Assembly: GCA_002269645.1 (NCBI GenBank)
Contig: NIVC01003338.1
Coordinates: forward strand, 33,640-97,639
Direction: 5' to 3'
DNA from: Macrostomum lignano
Taxonomy: Eukaryota
Length of the DNA stretch: 64,000 bases
Positions 21,998 through 33,900 of this stretch are shown piece after piece. Within the stretch, counting starts at the first letter, position 1; each line of letters begins with the position of its first letter. The position numbers and the translations under genes were made by a program. The notes under the pieces are model-generated. The model was not told the DNA's origin. It saw nothing but the letters and a program-made list of their open reading frames with translations, and made no database searches.

Positions 21998-24900
21998 ATG
22001 GGAGCCTTCCTTGACAAGCCTAAGATTGACAAGCAAAATGACAGCGGGGAGGGCAACGGCCTGACCTACGGCCTGTCCAGCATGCAGGGCTGGCGCATCG
22101 AGATGGAGGACGCCCACTGCGCCGTCACCGGCCTGCCCGGCAACCTGGCCAAGTGGTCCTTCTTTGCCGTGTTTGACGGCCACGCGGGCGCCCGCATCAG
22201 CGCCCACTGCGCCCAGCAGCTGCTCAACGCCATCGTTGAGACTGACGACTTCAAGAAGCTGGACCCGGACGCCGTGCCGCCGTTTGAGGACGTGCAGCGG
22301 GGCATCCGTGACGGCTTCCTGAACCTGGACAGCAAGATGCGCAAAATTCCCGAGGTGGAACTCGGCCAGGACAAGAGCGGTAGCACCGCCGTGTGCGTCC
22401 TCATCAGCCCGCACCACATCTACTTCGCCAACTGCGGCGACTCCCGCGGCATCCTGGTGCGCGACGGCAAGGTGGCCTTGGCCACCATGGACCACAAGCC
22501 CATCAACCCGGTTGAGAAGGAGCGCATTCAGAACGCCGGCGGCTCCGTCATGATCCAGCGGGTCAACGGCTCCCTGGCCGTCAGCCGGTCACTTGGCGAC
22601 TACGACTACAAGAATGTTTGCGGGCGGGGGCCCACCGAGCAGCTGGTGTCTCCCGAGCCTGAGATTTTCTCAGAGTCCAGGTAAATCGCTGCCTAGCTTG
22701 GCCCGTTAATTTGTCACCAGAATCAAGTGACTTGCTTCTGCATTCGGTCTTGAGATGGCGGCTTTTATTAGCTGATCCCAATTCCCAGGTGACTAAGCCT
22801 CAGCTGATCCCAATCCTCAGGTGGCTAAGTATCAGCTGATCCCAATCCTCAGGTTGCTAAGCATCAGCTGATCCCAATTCTCAGGTGACTAAGCATCAGC
22901 TGATCCCAATTCCCAGGTGACTAAGCATCAGCTGATCCCAATTCTCAGGCTAAGCATCAGCTGATCCCAATCCTCAGGTTGCTAAGCATCAGCTGATCCC
23001 AATTCTCAAGCTAAGCATCAGCTGATCTCAATTCTCAGGTGGCTAAGCATCAGCTGATCCCAATTCTCAGGCTAAGCATCAGCTGATCCCAATCCTCAGG
23101 CTAAGCATCAGCTGATCCCAATTCTCAGGCTAAGCATCAGCTGATCCCAATTCTCAGGCTAAGAATCAGCTGATCCCAATTCTCAGGTGACTAAGCATCA
23201 GCTGATCCCAATTCTCAGGCTAAGCATCAGCTGATCCCAATCCTCAGGAAGCTAAGCATCAGCTGATCTCAATCCTCAGGTGACTAAGCATCAGCTGATC
23301 CCAATTCCCAGGTGACTAAGCATTAGCTGATCCCAATCCTCAGGTGGCTAAGCATCAGCTGATCCCATTCTCAGGTAGCTAAGCATCAGCTGATCTCAAT
23401 CCTCAGGTGGCTAAGCATCAGCTGATCCCAATTCTCAGGCTAAGCATCAGCTGATCCCAATTCTCAGGTAGCTAAGCATCAGCTGATCCCAATCCTCAGG
23501 TTGCTAAGCATCAGCTGATCCCAATTCTCAGGTGACTAAGCATCAGCTGATCCCAATTCTCAGGCTAAGCATCAGCTGATCCCAATTCTCAAGCTAAGCA
23601 TCAGCTGATCTCAATTCTCAGGTGGCTAAGCATCAGCTGATCCCAATTCTCAGGCTAAGCATCAGCTGATCCCAATCCTCAGGCTAAGCATCAGCTGATC
23701 CCAATTCTCAGGCTAAGCATCAGCTGATCCCAATTCTCAGGCTAAGAATCAGCTGATCCCAATTCTCAGGTGACTAAGCATCAGCTGATCCCAATTCTCA
23801 GGCTAAGCATCAGCTGATCCCAATCCTCAGGAAGCTAAGCATCAGCTGATCTCAATCCTCAGGTGACTAAGCATCAGCTGATCCCAATTCCCAGGTGACT
23901 AAGCATTAGCTGATCCCAATCCTCAGGTGGCTAAGCATCAGCTGATCCCAATTCTCAGGTAGCTAAGCATCAGCTGATCTCAATCCTCAGGTGGCTAAGC
24001 ATCAGCTGATCCCAATTCTCAGGCTAAGCATCAGCTGATCCCAATTCTCAGGTAGCTAAGCATCAGCTGATCTCAATCCTCAGAAAGCTAAGCATCAGCT
24101 GATCCCAATTCTCAGGTGGCTAAGCATCAGCTGATCCCAATTCTCAGGTGACTAAGCATCAGCTGATCCCAATCCTCAGGTGACTAAGCATTAGCTGATC
24201 CCAATTCTCAGGCTAAGCATCAGCTGATCCCAATCCTCAGGTGGCTAAGCATCAGCTGATCCCAATCCTCAGGAAGCTAAGCATCAGCTGATCTCAATCC
24301 TCAGGAAGCTAAGCATCAGCTGATCCCAATTCTGAGGTGGCTAAGCATCAGCTGATCCCAATTCTCAGGTGGCTAAGCATCAGCTGATCCCAATTCTCAG
24401 GTGGCTAAGCATCAGCTGATACCAGTGTAATCCTAAATGCTTAATTTTTATGCCGCTTTCTCAAAGCTCAGCTCCCCCAGGCGCTAATAGCCTCTTGTCC
24501 GCCATCTATCTGATCCTCTAGGCCTGTCATTATTGGTTAATAAATCGCATTAAAATCCCACATTTTCTCTGTTGTATTCTTCAAATTTGGCTTCCCCAAT
24601 CCTGGGCGAATTTCCGGCTTGCCTCAGCCTTTCTGCATTGTGCAGGCACAGTGAGGACTGCTTTTTAGTTAACGCTTTCGTAGGCAGCTCCTTTTAGTAA
24701 GCAGTTTATAAAAATCTGGCTAAATTTTACCTGAAAAAATATAAATCGCAAGAATACAGAAATTGCTAGAGTAGGGATGGGGGCCTTTGGAGTCGCCCAG
24801 GTGGGGAATTCAGCGTCTACACAGTGGGGAATTCAGCGTCTACAAGGTGGGGAATTCAGCGTCTACAAGGTGGGGAATTCAGCATCTACACGGTGGGGAA

Positions 24901-25516
24901 TTCAGCGTCTACAAGGTGGGGAATTCAGCGTCTATATGATGGGGAATTCAGCGTCTACACGGTGGGGAATTCAGCGTCTACAAGGTGGGGTATTCAGCCG
25001 CGAACCAGGCAGGAGATTCTGCATTACCGCAACAAGGACTGAGCGTCAAACTCGTAAAACCACTCACCCCAACGTCAGGGACGACAAAGACCAGTTCATC
25101 GTGCTCGCCTGCGACGGAATCTGGGACGTGATGACGAACGAGGAGCTCTGCAGCTTCGTGCTGGACCGGGCCCGCGTGCGGAATTCCCTGTCCGCCGTCT
25201 GTGACGATGTGGTGGACACCTGCCTGCACAAGGGCAGCCGCGACAACATGAGCGTCATCATCATCGCCTTCGACAAGGCGCACTCCGTTGACGAAGCGGC
25301 CGTGGCGCGGGACAAGGCGCTGGACCGCCTCATCGAGACCAAGGTGACGGAGAAGATGAACGAGAACTCCAAGATCGACCTTATGGAGCTGCTGTGCCAG
25401 CTGCAGGCCTCCATCAACGCCGAGGACCTGCCGCCCGGCGGTGGCCTGGCAGCAAAGTAAGGAGAGCGTCTGTGTGTGTCTGTCTGTCTGTCTGTCTGTG
25501 TCTGTATGTCTGTCTG

Positions 25517-25563
<47 letters not shown>

Positions 25564-25602
25564 GTCTGTCTCTGGCTGTCTGTGTGTCTGTCTGTCTGTC
25601 TG

Positions 25603-25657
<55 letters not shown>

Positions 25658-25678
25658 GTCTGTCTCTGTCTGTCTGTG

Positions 25679-25721
<43 letters not shown>

Positions 25722-25754
25722 GTCTGTCTGTCTGTCTATTTGTCTGTCTGTCTG

Positions 25755-25789
<35 letters not shown>

Positions 25790-25806
25790 GTCTGTATGTC
25801 TGTCTG

Positions 25807-25849
<43 letters not shown>

Positions 25850-25870
25850 GTCTGTCTCTGTCTGTCTGTG

Positions 25871-25929
<59 letters not shown>

Positions 25930-26010
25930 GTCTGTCTCTGTCTGTCTGTGTGTCTGTCTGTGTGTCTGTCTGTCTGTGTCTGTCTCTGTCTGTCTGTCTG
26001 TCTGTCTGTG

Positions 26011-26045
<35 letters not shown>

Positions 26046-26110
26046 GTCTGTCTCTGTCTGTCTGTGTGTCTGTCTGTCTGTCTGTCTGTGTGTCTGTCTG
26101 TCTGTCTGTG

Positions 26111-26145
<35 letters not shown>

Positions 26146-26146
26146 G

Positions 26147-26181
<35 letters not shown>

Positions 26182-26214
26182 GTCTGTCTCTGTCTGTCTG
26201 TCTGTCTGTCTGTG

Positions 26215-26249
<35 letters not shown>

Positions 26250-26411
26250 GTCTGTCTCTGTCTGTCTGTGTGTCTGTCTGTCTGTCTGTCTACCTGCCTT
26301 TATCCATCCCGCACTGCACAGCCAGCCTCACTGAACAATTTGCCTTGCAGGAAGGCCCTGGTGGAGAGCCTGTACCAGAAGTGGAACCCAGAATACGAGT
26401 CCTACGATTAG
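21998..26411 (+). CDS. PPM1A: Protein phosphatase 1A/1B (PP2C alpha/beta) ortholog, 3 exons (21998-22680, 25079-25456, 26351-26411), 373 aa
   Basis: MGAFLDKPK start and motifs [85 protein letters not shown]. Donors AG|GTAAAT (22681) and AA|GTAAGG (25457). Both introns are phase 2 and compatible. PPM1A versus PPM1B cannot be distinguished. Confidence 0.94.
22780..24420. repeat. Minisatellite, 29-32-bp unit gctaagcatcagctgatcccaattctcag(gtg) (PPM1 intron 1)
   Basis: About 50 tandem copies. Confidence 0.95.
24797..24995. repeat. Minisatellite, 23-bp unit ggtggggaattcagcgtctacaa (PPM1 intron 1)
   Basis: About 8 tandem copies. Confidence 0.9.
25467..26291. repeat. (GTCT)n/(GT)n compound microsatellite (PPM1 intron 2)
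   Basis: Starts about 10 nt after the donor and fills the intron. Confidence 0.97.
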
Positions 26412-26965
26412 AGCAGCGCCAACTAGCCAGCGGGTGAGTGCCAGCGCCGCTTCTGCTCTGTCACGCAGCCCCACAGCCTGACCGGACCCCCCCCCCCGCA
26501 TCTCCCCATTGCAGCGAGGCGCCCGAGGGAGCGTCCCCGAATCCGTGTTTCTGTTTGCTCGCTCCGCCGCCGTAATATAGCAGACTTTTATACATATTGA
26601 AATTACATAATACTTGCGTTAGTAACCGATGCATACCAGTTTACTATTACTATAATATTAATCTGTTTCCTCACTCCGCTCCTCTGTGCTGCACCCATAG
26701 AATTGTTCTGCTCCATCGTTTGTTTGCTGATTTGTTTGCTCTTCTTCTGCCTCTCCATCTCTCATGCTTACTAATCTACCGCACTAAATACTACTCACTG
26801 TTGCTAGCTAGCTAGTAGTGCAGCGCGGGCATTGCCGCGTCTGATGTAATTCCAGCCCCGGCCCGGCGGTCACAGCCCTGTTGATTTTTACCCCGAGCTG
26901 CCGAACTGAATTCTTTTCCCCCATTTTTATCGCCCATTTCGATTGTCGCATCGTTTTTATTCCGA

Positions 26966-28405
26966 GAGCTCGGGTTTTGAGTGATTTAGCAATTGAGCTG
27001 GGTTTTGAGTGATTTAGCTTGAGCTGGGTTTTGAGTGATTTAGCTTGAGCTGGGTTTTGAGTGATTTAGCAATTGAGCTGGGTTTTGAGTGATTTAGCAA
27101 TTGAGCTGGGTTTTGAGTGATTTAGCTTGAGCTGGGTTTTGAGTGATTTAGCAATTGAGCTGGGTTTTGAGTGATTTAGCTTGAGCTGGGTTTTGAGTGA
27201 TTTAGCTTGAGCTGGGTTTTGAGTGATTTAGCTTGAGCTGGGTTTTGAGTGATTTAGCTTGAGCTGGGTTTTGAGTGATTTAGCTTGAGCTGGGTTTTGG
27301 GTGATTTAGCTTGAGCTGGGTTTTGAGTGATTTAGCAATTAAGCTGGGTTTTGGGTGATTTAGCAATTGAGCTGGGTTGTGAGTGATTTAGCAATTAAGC
27401 TGGGTTTTGAGTGATTTAGCAATTGAGCTGGGTTTTGAGTGATTTAGCAATTAAGCTGGGTTTTGGGTGATTTAGCAATTGAGCTGGGTTGTGAGTGATT
27501 TAGCAATTAAGCTGGGTTTTGGGTGATTTAGCAATTGAGCTGGGTTTTGAGTGATTTAGCAATTGAGCTGGGTTTTGAGTGATTTAGCAATTGAGCTGGG
27601 TTTTGAGTGATTTAGCAATTGAGCTGGGTTGTGAGTGATTTAGCAATTAAGCTGGGTTTTGGGTGATTTAGCAATTGAGCTGGGTTGTGAGTGATTTAGC
27701 AATTAAGCTGGGTTTTGGGTGATTTAGCAATTGAGCTGGGTTGTGAGTGATTTAGCAATTGAGCTGGGTTTTGGGTGATTTAGCAATTGAGCTGGGTTTT
27801 GAGTGATTTAGCAATTGAGCTGGGTTTTGGGTGATTTAGCAATTGAGCTGGGTTGTGAGTGATTTAGCAATTGAGCTGGGTTGTGAGTGATTTAGCAATT
27901 GAGCTGGGTTGTGAGTGATTTAGCAATTGAGCTGGGTTGTGAGTGATTTAGCAATTGAGCTGGGTTGTGAGTGATTTAGCAATTGAGCTGGGTTGTGAGT
28001 GATTTAGCAATTGAGCTGGGTTGTGAGTGATTTAGCAATTGAGCTGGGTTGTGAGTGATTTAGCAATTGAGCTGGGTTTTGAGTGATTTAGCAATTGAGC
28101 TGGGTTTTGGGTGATTTAGCAATTGAGCTGGGTTGTGAGTGATTTAGCAATTGAGCTGGGTTGTGAGTGATTTAGCAATTAAGCTGGGTTTTGGGTGATT
28201 TAGCAATTGAGCTGGGTTGTGAGTGATTTAGCAATTGAGCTGGGTTTTGGGTGATTTAGCAATTGAGCTGGGTTGTGAGTGATTTAGCAATTGAGCTGGG
28301 TTGTGAGTGATTTAGCAATTAAGCTGGGTTTTGGGTGATTTAGCAATTGAGCTGGGTTGTGAGTGATTTAGCAATTGAGCTGGGTTGTGAGTGATTTAGC
28401 TTGAG
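26966..28405. repeat. Minisatellite, 25/28-bp unit gagctgggttttgagtgatttagc(aat)t
   Basis: About 50 tandem copies downstream of the PPM1 stop codon. Confidence 0.95.
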
Positions 28406-30015
28406 TCCGATGCTGCAGAGAGCCTGCGGGACTTCCCAATTTCCAGGCTGCGGGGGGGGCAAAGTGAGGGAAATTCAGAAAGTTGGCTACTCAAAACTCT
28501 GCCGCTCTGCGCTTATGTTTTATTTTTCGTGTTTGACTGTTTTTTACTTTAATTACTACTTAGTTCTACCGGTACTGTTAGTAGGCGTAGCGCGCTTAGG
28601 CGTCGAATTGTGTTAAAAATAAGTGAAAATTCAAACTTCAATAATGAATTGCTGCGCTGCCCCGCCGGCTCCTCCTTAATTTTTTGTTTTGCTGAAATTT
28701 TCAAACTTCCTTTTTACCGCCGTGTCGCCGCGCTGACTCTAACAAAAATTAATTTTCTGCCCCAATTATCGCTACTTATTATGAGTAGTAGTAATTCGCC
28801 TGCTTGCAGAAACAAATTTATTTTTGGTTCTATCGCTATAAACAGTTATTTCTACTCCCGACTCAGTTCTGTCTGACAATATTCATGCCGCTTTTGTTTT
28901 AATTCTGCGCGGGCCGGGCCGTCAGCCGTAGTTTCAGCCCCGGCCCGCGGTAGCTGCTGCGACAGACGCTTTGCCCTGCGTTTTTCTCCGTTTCAATCAG
29001 TGCTGCCTCCGCAGACGGGCCGCCTGCGTAAAATTGAAAAATCTACAAATATAATTTACAAAATCCTCAAAATGCTTAAAATTCCCACCAACAATCGTCT
29101 CCCAGTTCAGTGAAATTAACTCTAGAGATTAACAAATCCGCCAGAGCCGCCGCGTTCCGCTTTTCCCGCTCTGATTTTTCTCTCTCGGAGGTCGCAAATT
29201 TCGCTCGTGATAAGGAAAATTTTTTTGGAGCTCTCGGAGCCCCGCATTTCGATACTCCCGGCCGCGCTGACATCTGCGCCCGCATCTGAGCCCCCGAAAC
29301 CCGACCTGCTGCAGCCCCTGATTGATGCCAGGCCACGCCTGCTCCGACCCGCTCCCGTTGACGGACTGCCGGCCTGGGAGCCGCTGCGCAGATGCCGCCG
29401 CCTGCGACAGTGTTGGAGCAGCTCCGCAGCTCTTGTCTGTCAGCGGAGCGCCATCCCGCCTGCATTGTTGCGCCCAGGCCGCCTGGCTCGGCTCTCACGC
29501 TCTCCAGTTCGCTATTTAGGCAGCCCCAGCCTGCCGCAGTTGCAGCTCGGTAGCTGCAGTGTGTGCCAGTCCGATAACTGTGCCAGCAGTTCTGCTATAT
29601 CTGATTTCTGCCCAAAGTCAACACTAACTGGCTTATTTGGCAATCCGTGAGAATTCGCTCTTTGCAAGTGGAAACTCCCGGCCTCATTTGGGCTGCTGTC
29701 TTGGGTTGTCTTTACGCCTCGTTTCCGGCGATGCTCGGCACTTGTTGGACAAAATTCTATTGCGCGTTTTGTTAATTCGAAGCTCGGAAATCCGAAATAT
29801 GACTTTAATCCAGTCATTGGTTAGGCTAATAGCCAATTCCGCAGTGTGGAATCTGCTGGTGCGGCTGTTGTGATCAAGGCTGTAGGCAAGCAGCAGTCCT
29901 TACTCCTTAGGAGACCTCGTAAAATACGTTTGATCTTTGTAACTTATCAGCTTCTGTGAGCATTGATCAAATACATTTATCCTGTCGCCACGTAAATGGC
30001 CGCTGAAATTGCAGG

Positions 30016-30480
30016 CAGTGAGATTATCAAGCCACTAATACATCGCAGTGAGATTATCAAGCCACTATTACAGCCAGTGGGATTCTCGAGCCGGTATTAA
30101 GATCGCAGTGAGATTGTCAAGCCACTATCACATCCAGTGAGATTATCGAGCCACTATCACATCCAGTGAGATTGTCAAGCCACTATTACAGCCAGTGAGA
30201 GTGTCAAGCCACTATCACATCCAGTGAGATTATCAAGCCACTATTGCAGCCAGTGGGATTCTCGAGCCGGTATTAAGATCGCAGTGAGATTGTCAAGCCA
30301 CTATCACATCCAGTGAGATTATGGAGCCACTATTACAGCCAGTGAGATTGTTAAGCCACTATCACAGGTTGTGAGATTATCAAGCCACTATCACAGGTTG
30401 TGAGATTATCAAGCCACTATCACAGGTTGTGAGATTATCAAGCCACTATCACAGCCAGTGAGATAATCAAACCAATTTCA
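30016..30480. repeat. Minisatellite, about 28-bp unit cagtgagattatcaagccactatcaca
   Basis: Tandem variant copies upstream of the first muscleblind coding exon. Confidence 0.85.
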
Positions 30481-30905
30481 TGATGTAGTGTTTCACCATC
30501 TCCGTGACCGTGCACGCTAAGCCACTGTTCACTGTGAAGTTCATAAAGTATGATGCGTACTTTAGGCTGCATTTTAAGCTCCAAACTCCACGCAAACCCA
30601 GGTGTGCCGCGCTCCATTTTGTCCCAAATTTGGTCATTAAGTGCCTGTGATCTCTGCATACCAGACCTGATCCAAGCCAGAAGCAGCCATCTGTGCTCCA
30701 GCCTGTCTTGTTACTATTGGCCAGCAGGGCTCAGCCAATGGGAGCCGCGCCAGACCAAGTAGCCCAGCGAAAACTCCTAGCCGGGCTACAAAGGCCCGTC
30801 TGCAGGCCTCCCTGCCGGCTCTCAGCCCCCAGCGCCGTCTCGACTCTCCCAGAGCTCCGATCTGCCCCAAAAAAACAGCAGAAGCAGCAGACAGCAGAAG
30901 CAGAA

Positions 30906-33900
30906 ATGACCAGCCAGCAAGAAGCCGCAGCCGCGGCCGCCCTGTCGCTCATGACCGGAGCCGGCGGCGGCGTTAACGCGGGCCTGACGTTCCCACCGCA
31001 GGGCAAGGACAGCCGCTGGCTGACTCTGGAGGTCTGCCGCGAGTTCCAGCGGAACAAGTGCAGCCGCACCGACGACGAGTGCCGCTTCGCGCACCCGCCA
31101 GCCCACGTGGAGGTGCAGCAGAACGGCCGCGTTGTCTGCTGCTATGACTCCATCAAGGTGAGCGCTGCAGAGTTCGAATTCGCCCCCATCCTTCCCGAAT
31201 CCGCCCCCATACTTCACCGAATTCACTCCATCCTTCCCGAATCCGCCCCATACTTCAGCGAATCTGCCCCATCCTTCCCGAATCCGCCCCATACTTCACC
31301 GAATCTGCCCCATACTTCACCGAATCCGCCCCATACTTCACCGAATCCGCCCCATCCTTCCCGAATCCGCCCCATACTTCACCGAATCTGCCCCATCCTT
31401 CCCGAATCCGCCCCATACTTCACCGAATCTGCCCCATCCTTTCCGAATCCGCCCCCATACTTCACTGAATCCGCCCCATCCTCCCCGAATCCGCGGCGTC
31501 CTTCCCAGAAAATCCGACAACAATGCCACACAAAGCCATTCGCTGAGGCCCATTTGACTTCCCCTGCTCAGCCGAGAGTACAAACAGCAGTCAGACGGTC
31601 TCCCCCAGTCAGCTCAAAGCCCACCCCGAGCGGGCCGCACTTGAGACGCTGCCTCCCCCCCGCCAATAAACTGCAAGCCAGAGCCAGGTGCAGCAGGCCA
31701 GGCGCACTCTAGGAGGCTGGATAACTGGCCCCGAGCAATGATGTTGGGCCCCAACGGCCCCCGTCAGTAAATACACCGCTGACTCACGTTACACACCGCG
31801 CACACAGCAGTCTGGGCTACACACCCCGAAACTGCTCACTACGAGCCGCTCGCAGCTTCATCTCTTGGCTTCTTTTCTTCTGCTCTGGCTGGCTTTTCTG
31901 CTTGTCTCCGCGCAAAGCCGCCGAGCCAGAACTCTCTCAGCGGGACAGAAGGGAAAAATTGAAGGTCCCCGAGCGCAGTGGCAGAACAATGGCAGTCCGC
32001 GCTCAGCGAGCCTCTCTGCAGACATCGCAGGCGGTGCCCGAGGCTCTTCTGTGTCTCTGCTGGTCTCACCGAGCTCTGAATAGCTGGGGTACTTTTCTAC
32101 CCGTCTGCGATAACTGCAGTGCTAAAATAGTTTTTTTTTTCAAAGCTGCATAAGACTACGGCTGGCTAGTCAAAACAAGCCCTCTGGAGACCATTGTCTG
32201 GGCTCGCAGCTGTTGGATAATTTATGCTTCTTTGCACGCAACTGCACCGAATTTTTTATTAATATCTTTAATGTGTACAACTTATGTATGCCCTGAGACA
32301 CCAAACTGAGTTTATGCGGTTAACGGACTGAAAGAGTCGGCTATGCGGTCTTCAGCGCAGTCTGTGACAGTCGGGCAGATGGTCCTCAGACAGTCGGGTA
32401 GATGGTCCTCAGACAGTCGGGTAGATGGACTCAGACAATCGAGTAGATGGTCCTCAGACAATCGAGTAGATGGTCCTCAGACAATCGAGTAGATGGTCCT
32501 CAGACAATCGAGTAGATGGTCCTCAGACAATCGAGTAGATGGTCCTCAGACAATCAAGTAGATGGTCCTCAGACAGTCGGGTAGATGGACTCAGACAATC
32601 GAGTAGATGGTCCTCAGACAATCAAGTAGATGGTCCTCAGACAGTCGGGTAGATGGACTCAGACAATCGAGTAGATGGTCCTCAGACAATCGAGTAGATG
32701 GTCCTCAGACAATCGAGTAGATGGTCCTCAGACAATCGAGTAGATGGTCCTCAGACAATCGAGTAGATGGTCCTCAGACAATCGAGTAGATGGTCCTCAG
32801 ACAATCGAGTAGATGGTCCTCAGACAGTCGGGTAGATGGTCCTCAGACAGTCGGGTAGATGGTCCTCATGCTTGACTTACTTGACTTAGCTGCAGGGGGC
32901 GTCCGGCGGATGCAGCGAGGAGGCGGAGGAGACCGCCCATTCCGCTAGCCCCTGGCGACCAACGACTTCCGTTGAAGTGGTGTCGCTCAGGGGGACCCGT
33001 CGGTCTCGCCTGCAGCGCGGTCCTCCTCACCGACGGTGGGGAAGAAATCAGCTCGTCCGGTGTCCCTGAGGTACCGGGCGAGCAGTGGGATGCTCTCGGG
33101 CCTGCAAACGTCGGAGAGAACCGGGTTTGGCCCGAGGTGAGTAAGCCTGGCCCTGGTGAAAACCGGGCAGTGGCAGATAAAATGCTCGGCGTTTTCACTG
33201 CCTGAGCGGCAGAAGGGGCACCGCTCCTCGGGTACTTGGCCCTGAAGGAAGCGGTGGCGAGAGAAGCAGCCATGCCCGGAGAGGGCCATGCTAACTGCTC
33301 TGAGGTCTCTGCGGTTGAGCCTGAGGAGGGCTCTACGCAGGAGAGGAGAGGGACAGGGGACGGCAGCACGAGATTGCCTACAATTCCGGGTGTCGTGCCA
33401 CCTGCGGAGATGCTCGGAGTCAGCCCAGCGCTTAACGCGGGAATTGATCACCGAGGCGGGGATGGGGGCACCCGGGCCCGGCCCCAATAGCGCGCCGGCG
33501 GAGCCAGCCTTGGCCAGCAGGTCAGCGCGCTCGTTGCCGAGGAAGCCGGCGTGGCCCGGGATCCATCTGAGCTCCACCTGGTTGCCTAGCGCAAGCCCGT
33601 TGAGCTGGGTGTTGCAGTCCAGGACGGACCTGGAGCTGGCGGTGCTGCGGCAGAGGGCCCGAAGGGCTGCTTGGCTGTCAGAGTGAAAAATAAATTTCCG
33701 GCCGCTAAGCTGCCTTCGGCGCAGCTCTGCCGCGCAGGAGCTGATGGCAAGCATCTCGCTCTGAAAAACACTGGAGTTGAGCCCAGTGTGCTGGGAGTAG
33801 CTCCACACCACTTCTCCCTTGAAGAAGACGCAAGCTCCGAAGCCTGAAAGACCATGCCTCATAGAGCCGTCAGTGTAACAGTGGACTTCAGAGTCGCTCC

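Noticed and set aside
22780-24420. Regularly spaced repeats of about 30 bp resembling CRISPR arrays (also 1909-2770 and 40690-41610)
   Set aside because: The units are head-to-tail with no unique spacers, there are no cas genes, and the context is eukaryotic introns.
24777-25078. N-terminal half of ORF 24777-25460 as PPM1 coding sequence
   Set aside because: It is a 23-bp minisatellite in intron 1. The exon begins at the phase-2 acceptor at 25079.
25394-26437. Long CLSV-repeat ORFs, and similar repeat ORFs at 3208-3939, 5186-6245, 6567-7452, 44099-45428, 45456-46078, 53778-54355 and 57688-58278
   Set aside because: These frames are open only because the repeat units lack stop codons, and several are open in multiple frames.
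28905-28950. GC-rich 10-bp stem (gcgggccggg/cccggcccgc) as a structured RNA element
   Set aside because: A single hairpin with no tRNA, SECIS or snoRNA motifs, expected by chance in GC-rich sequence.
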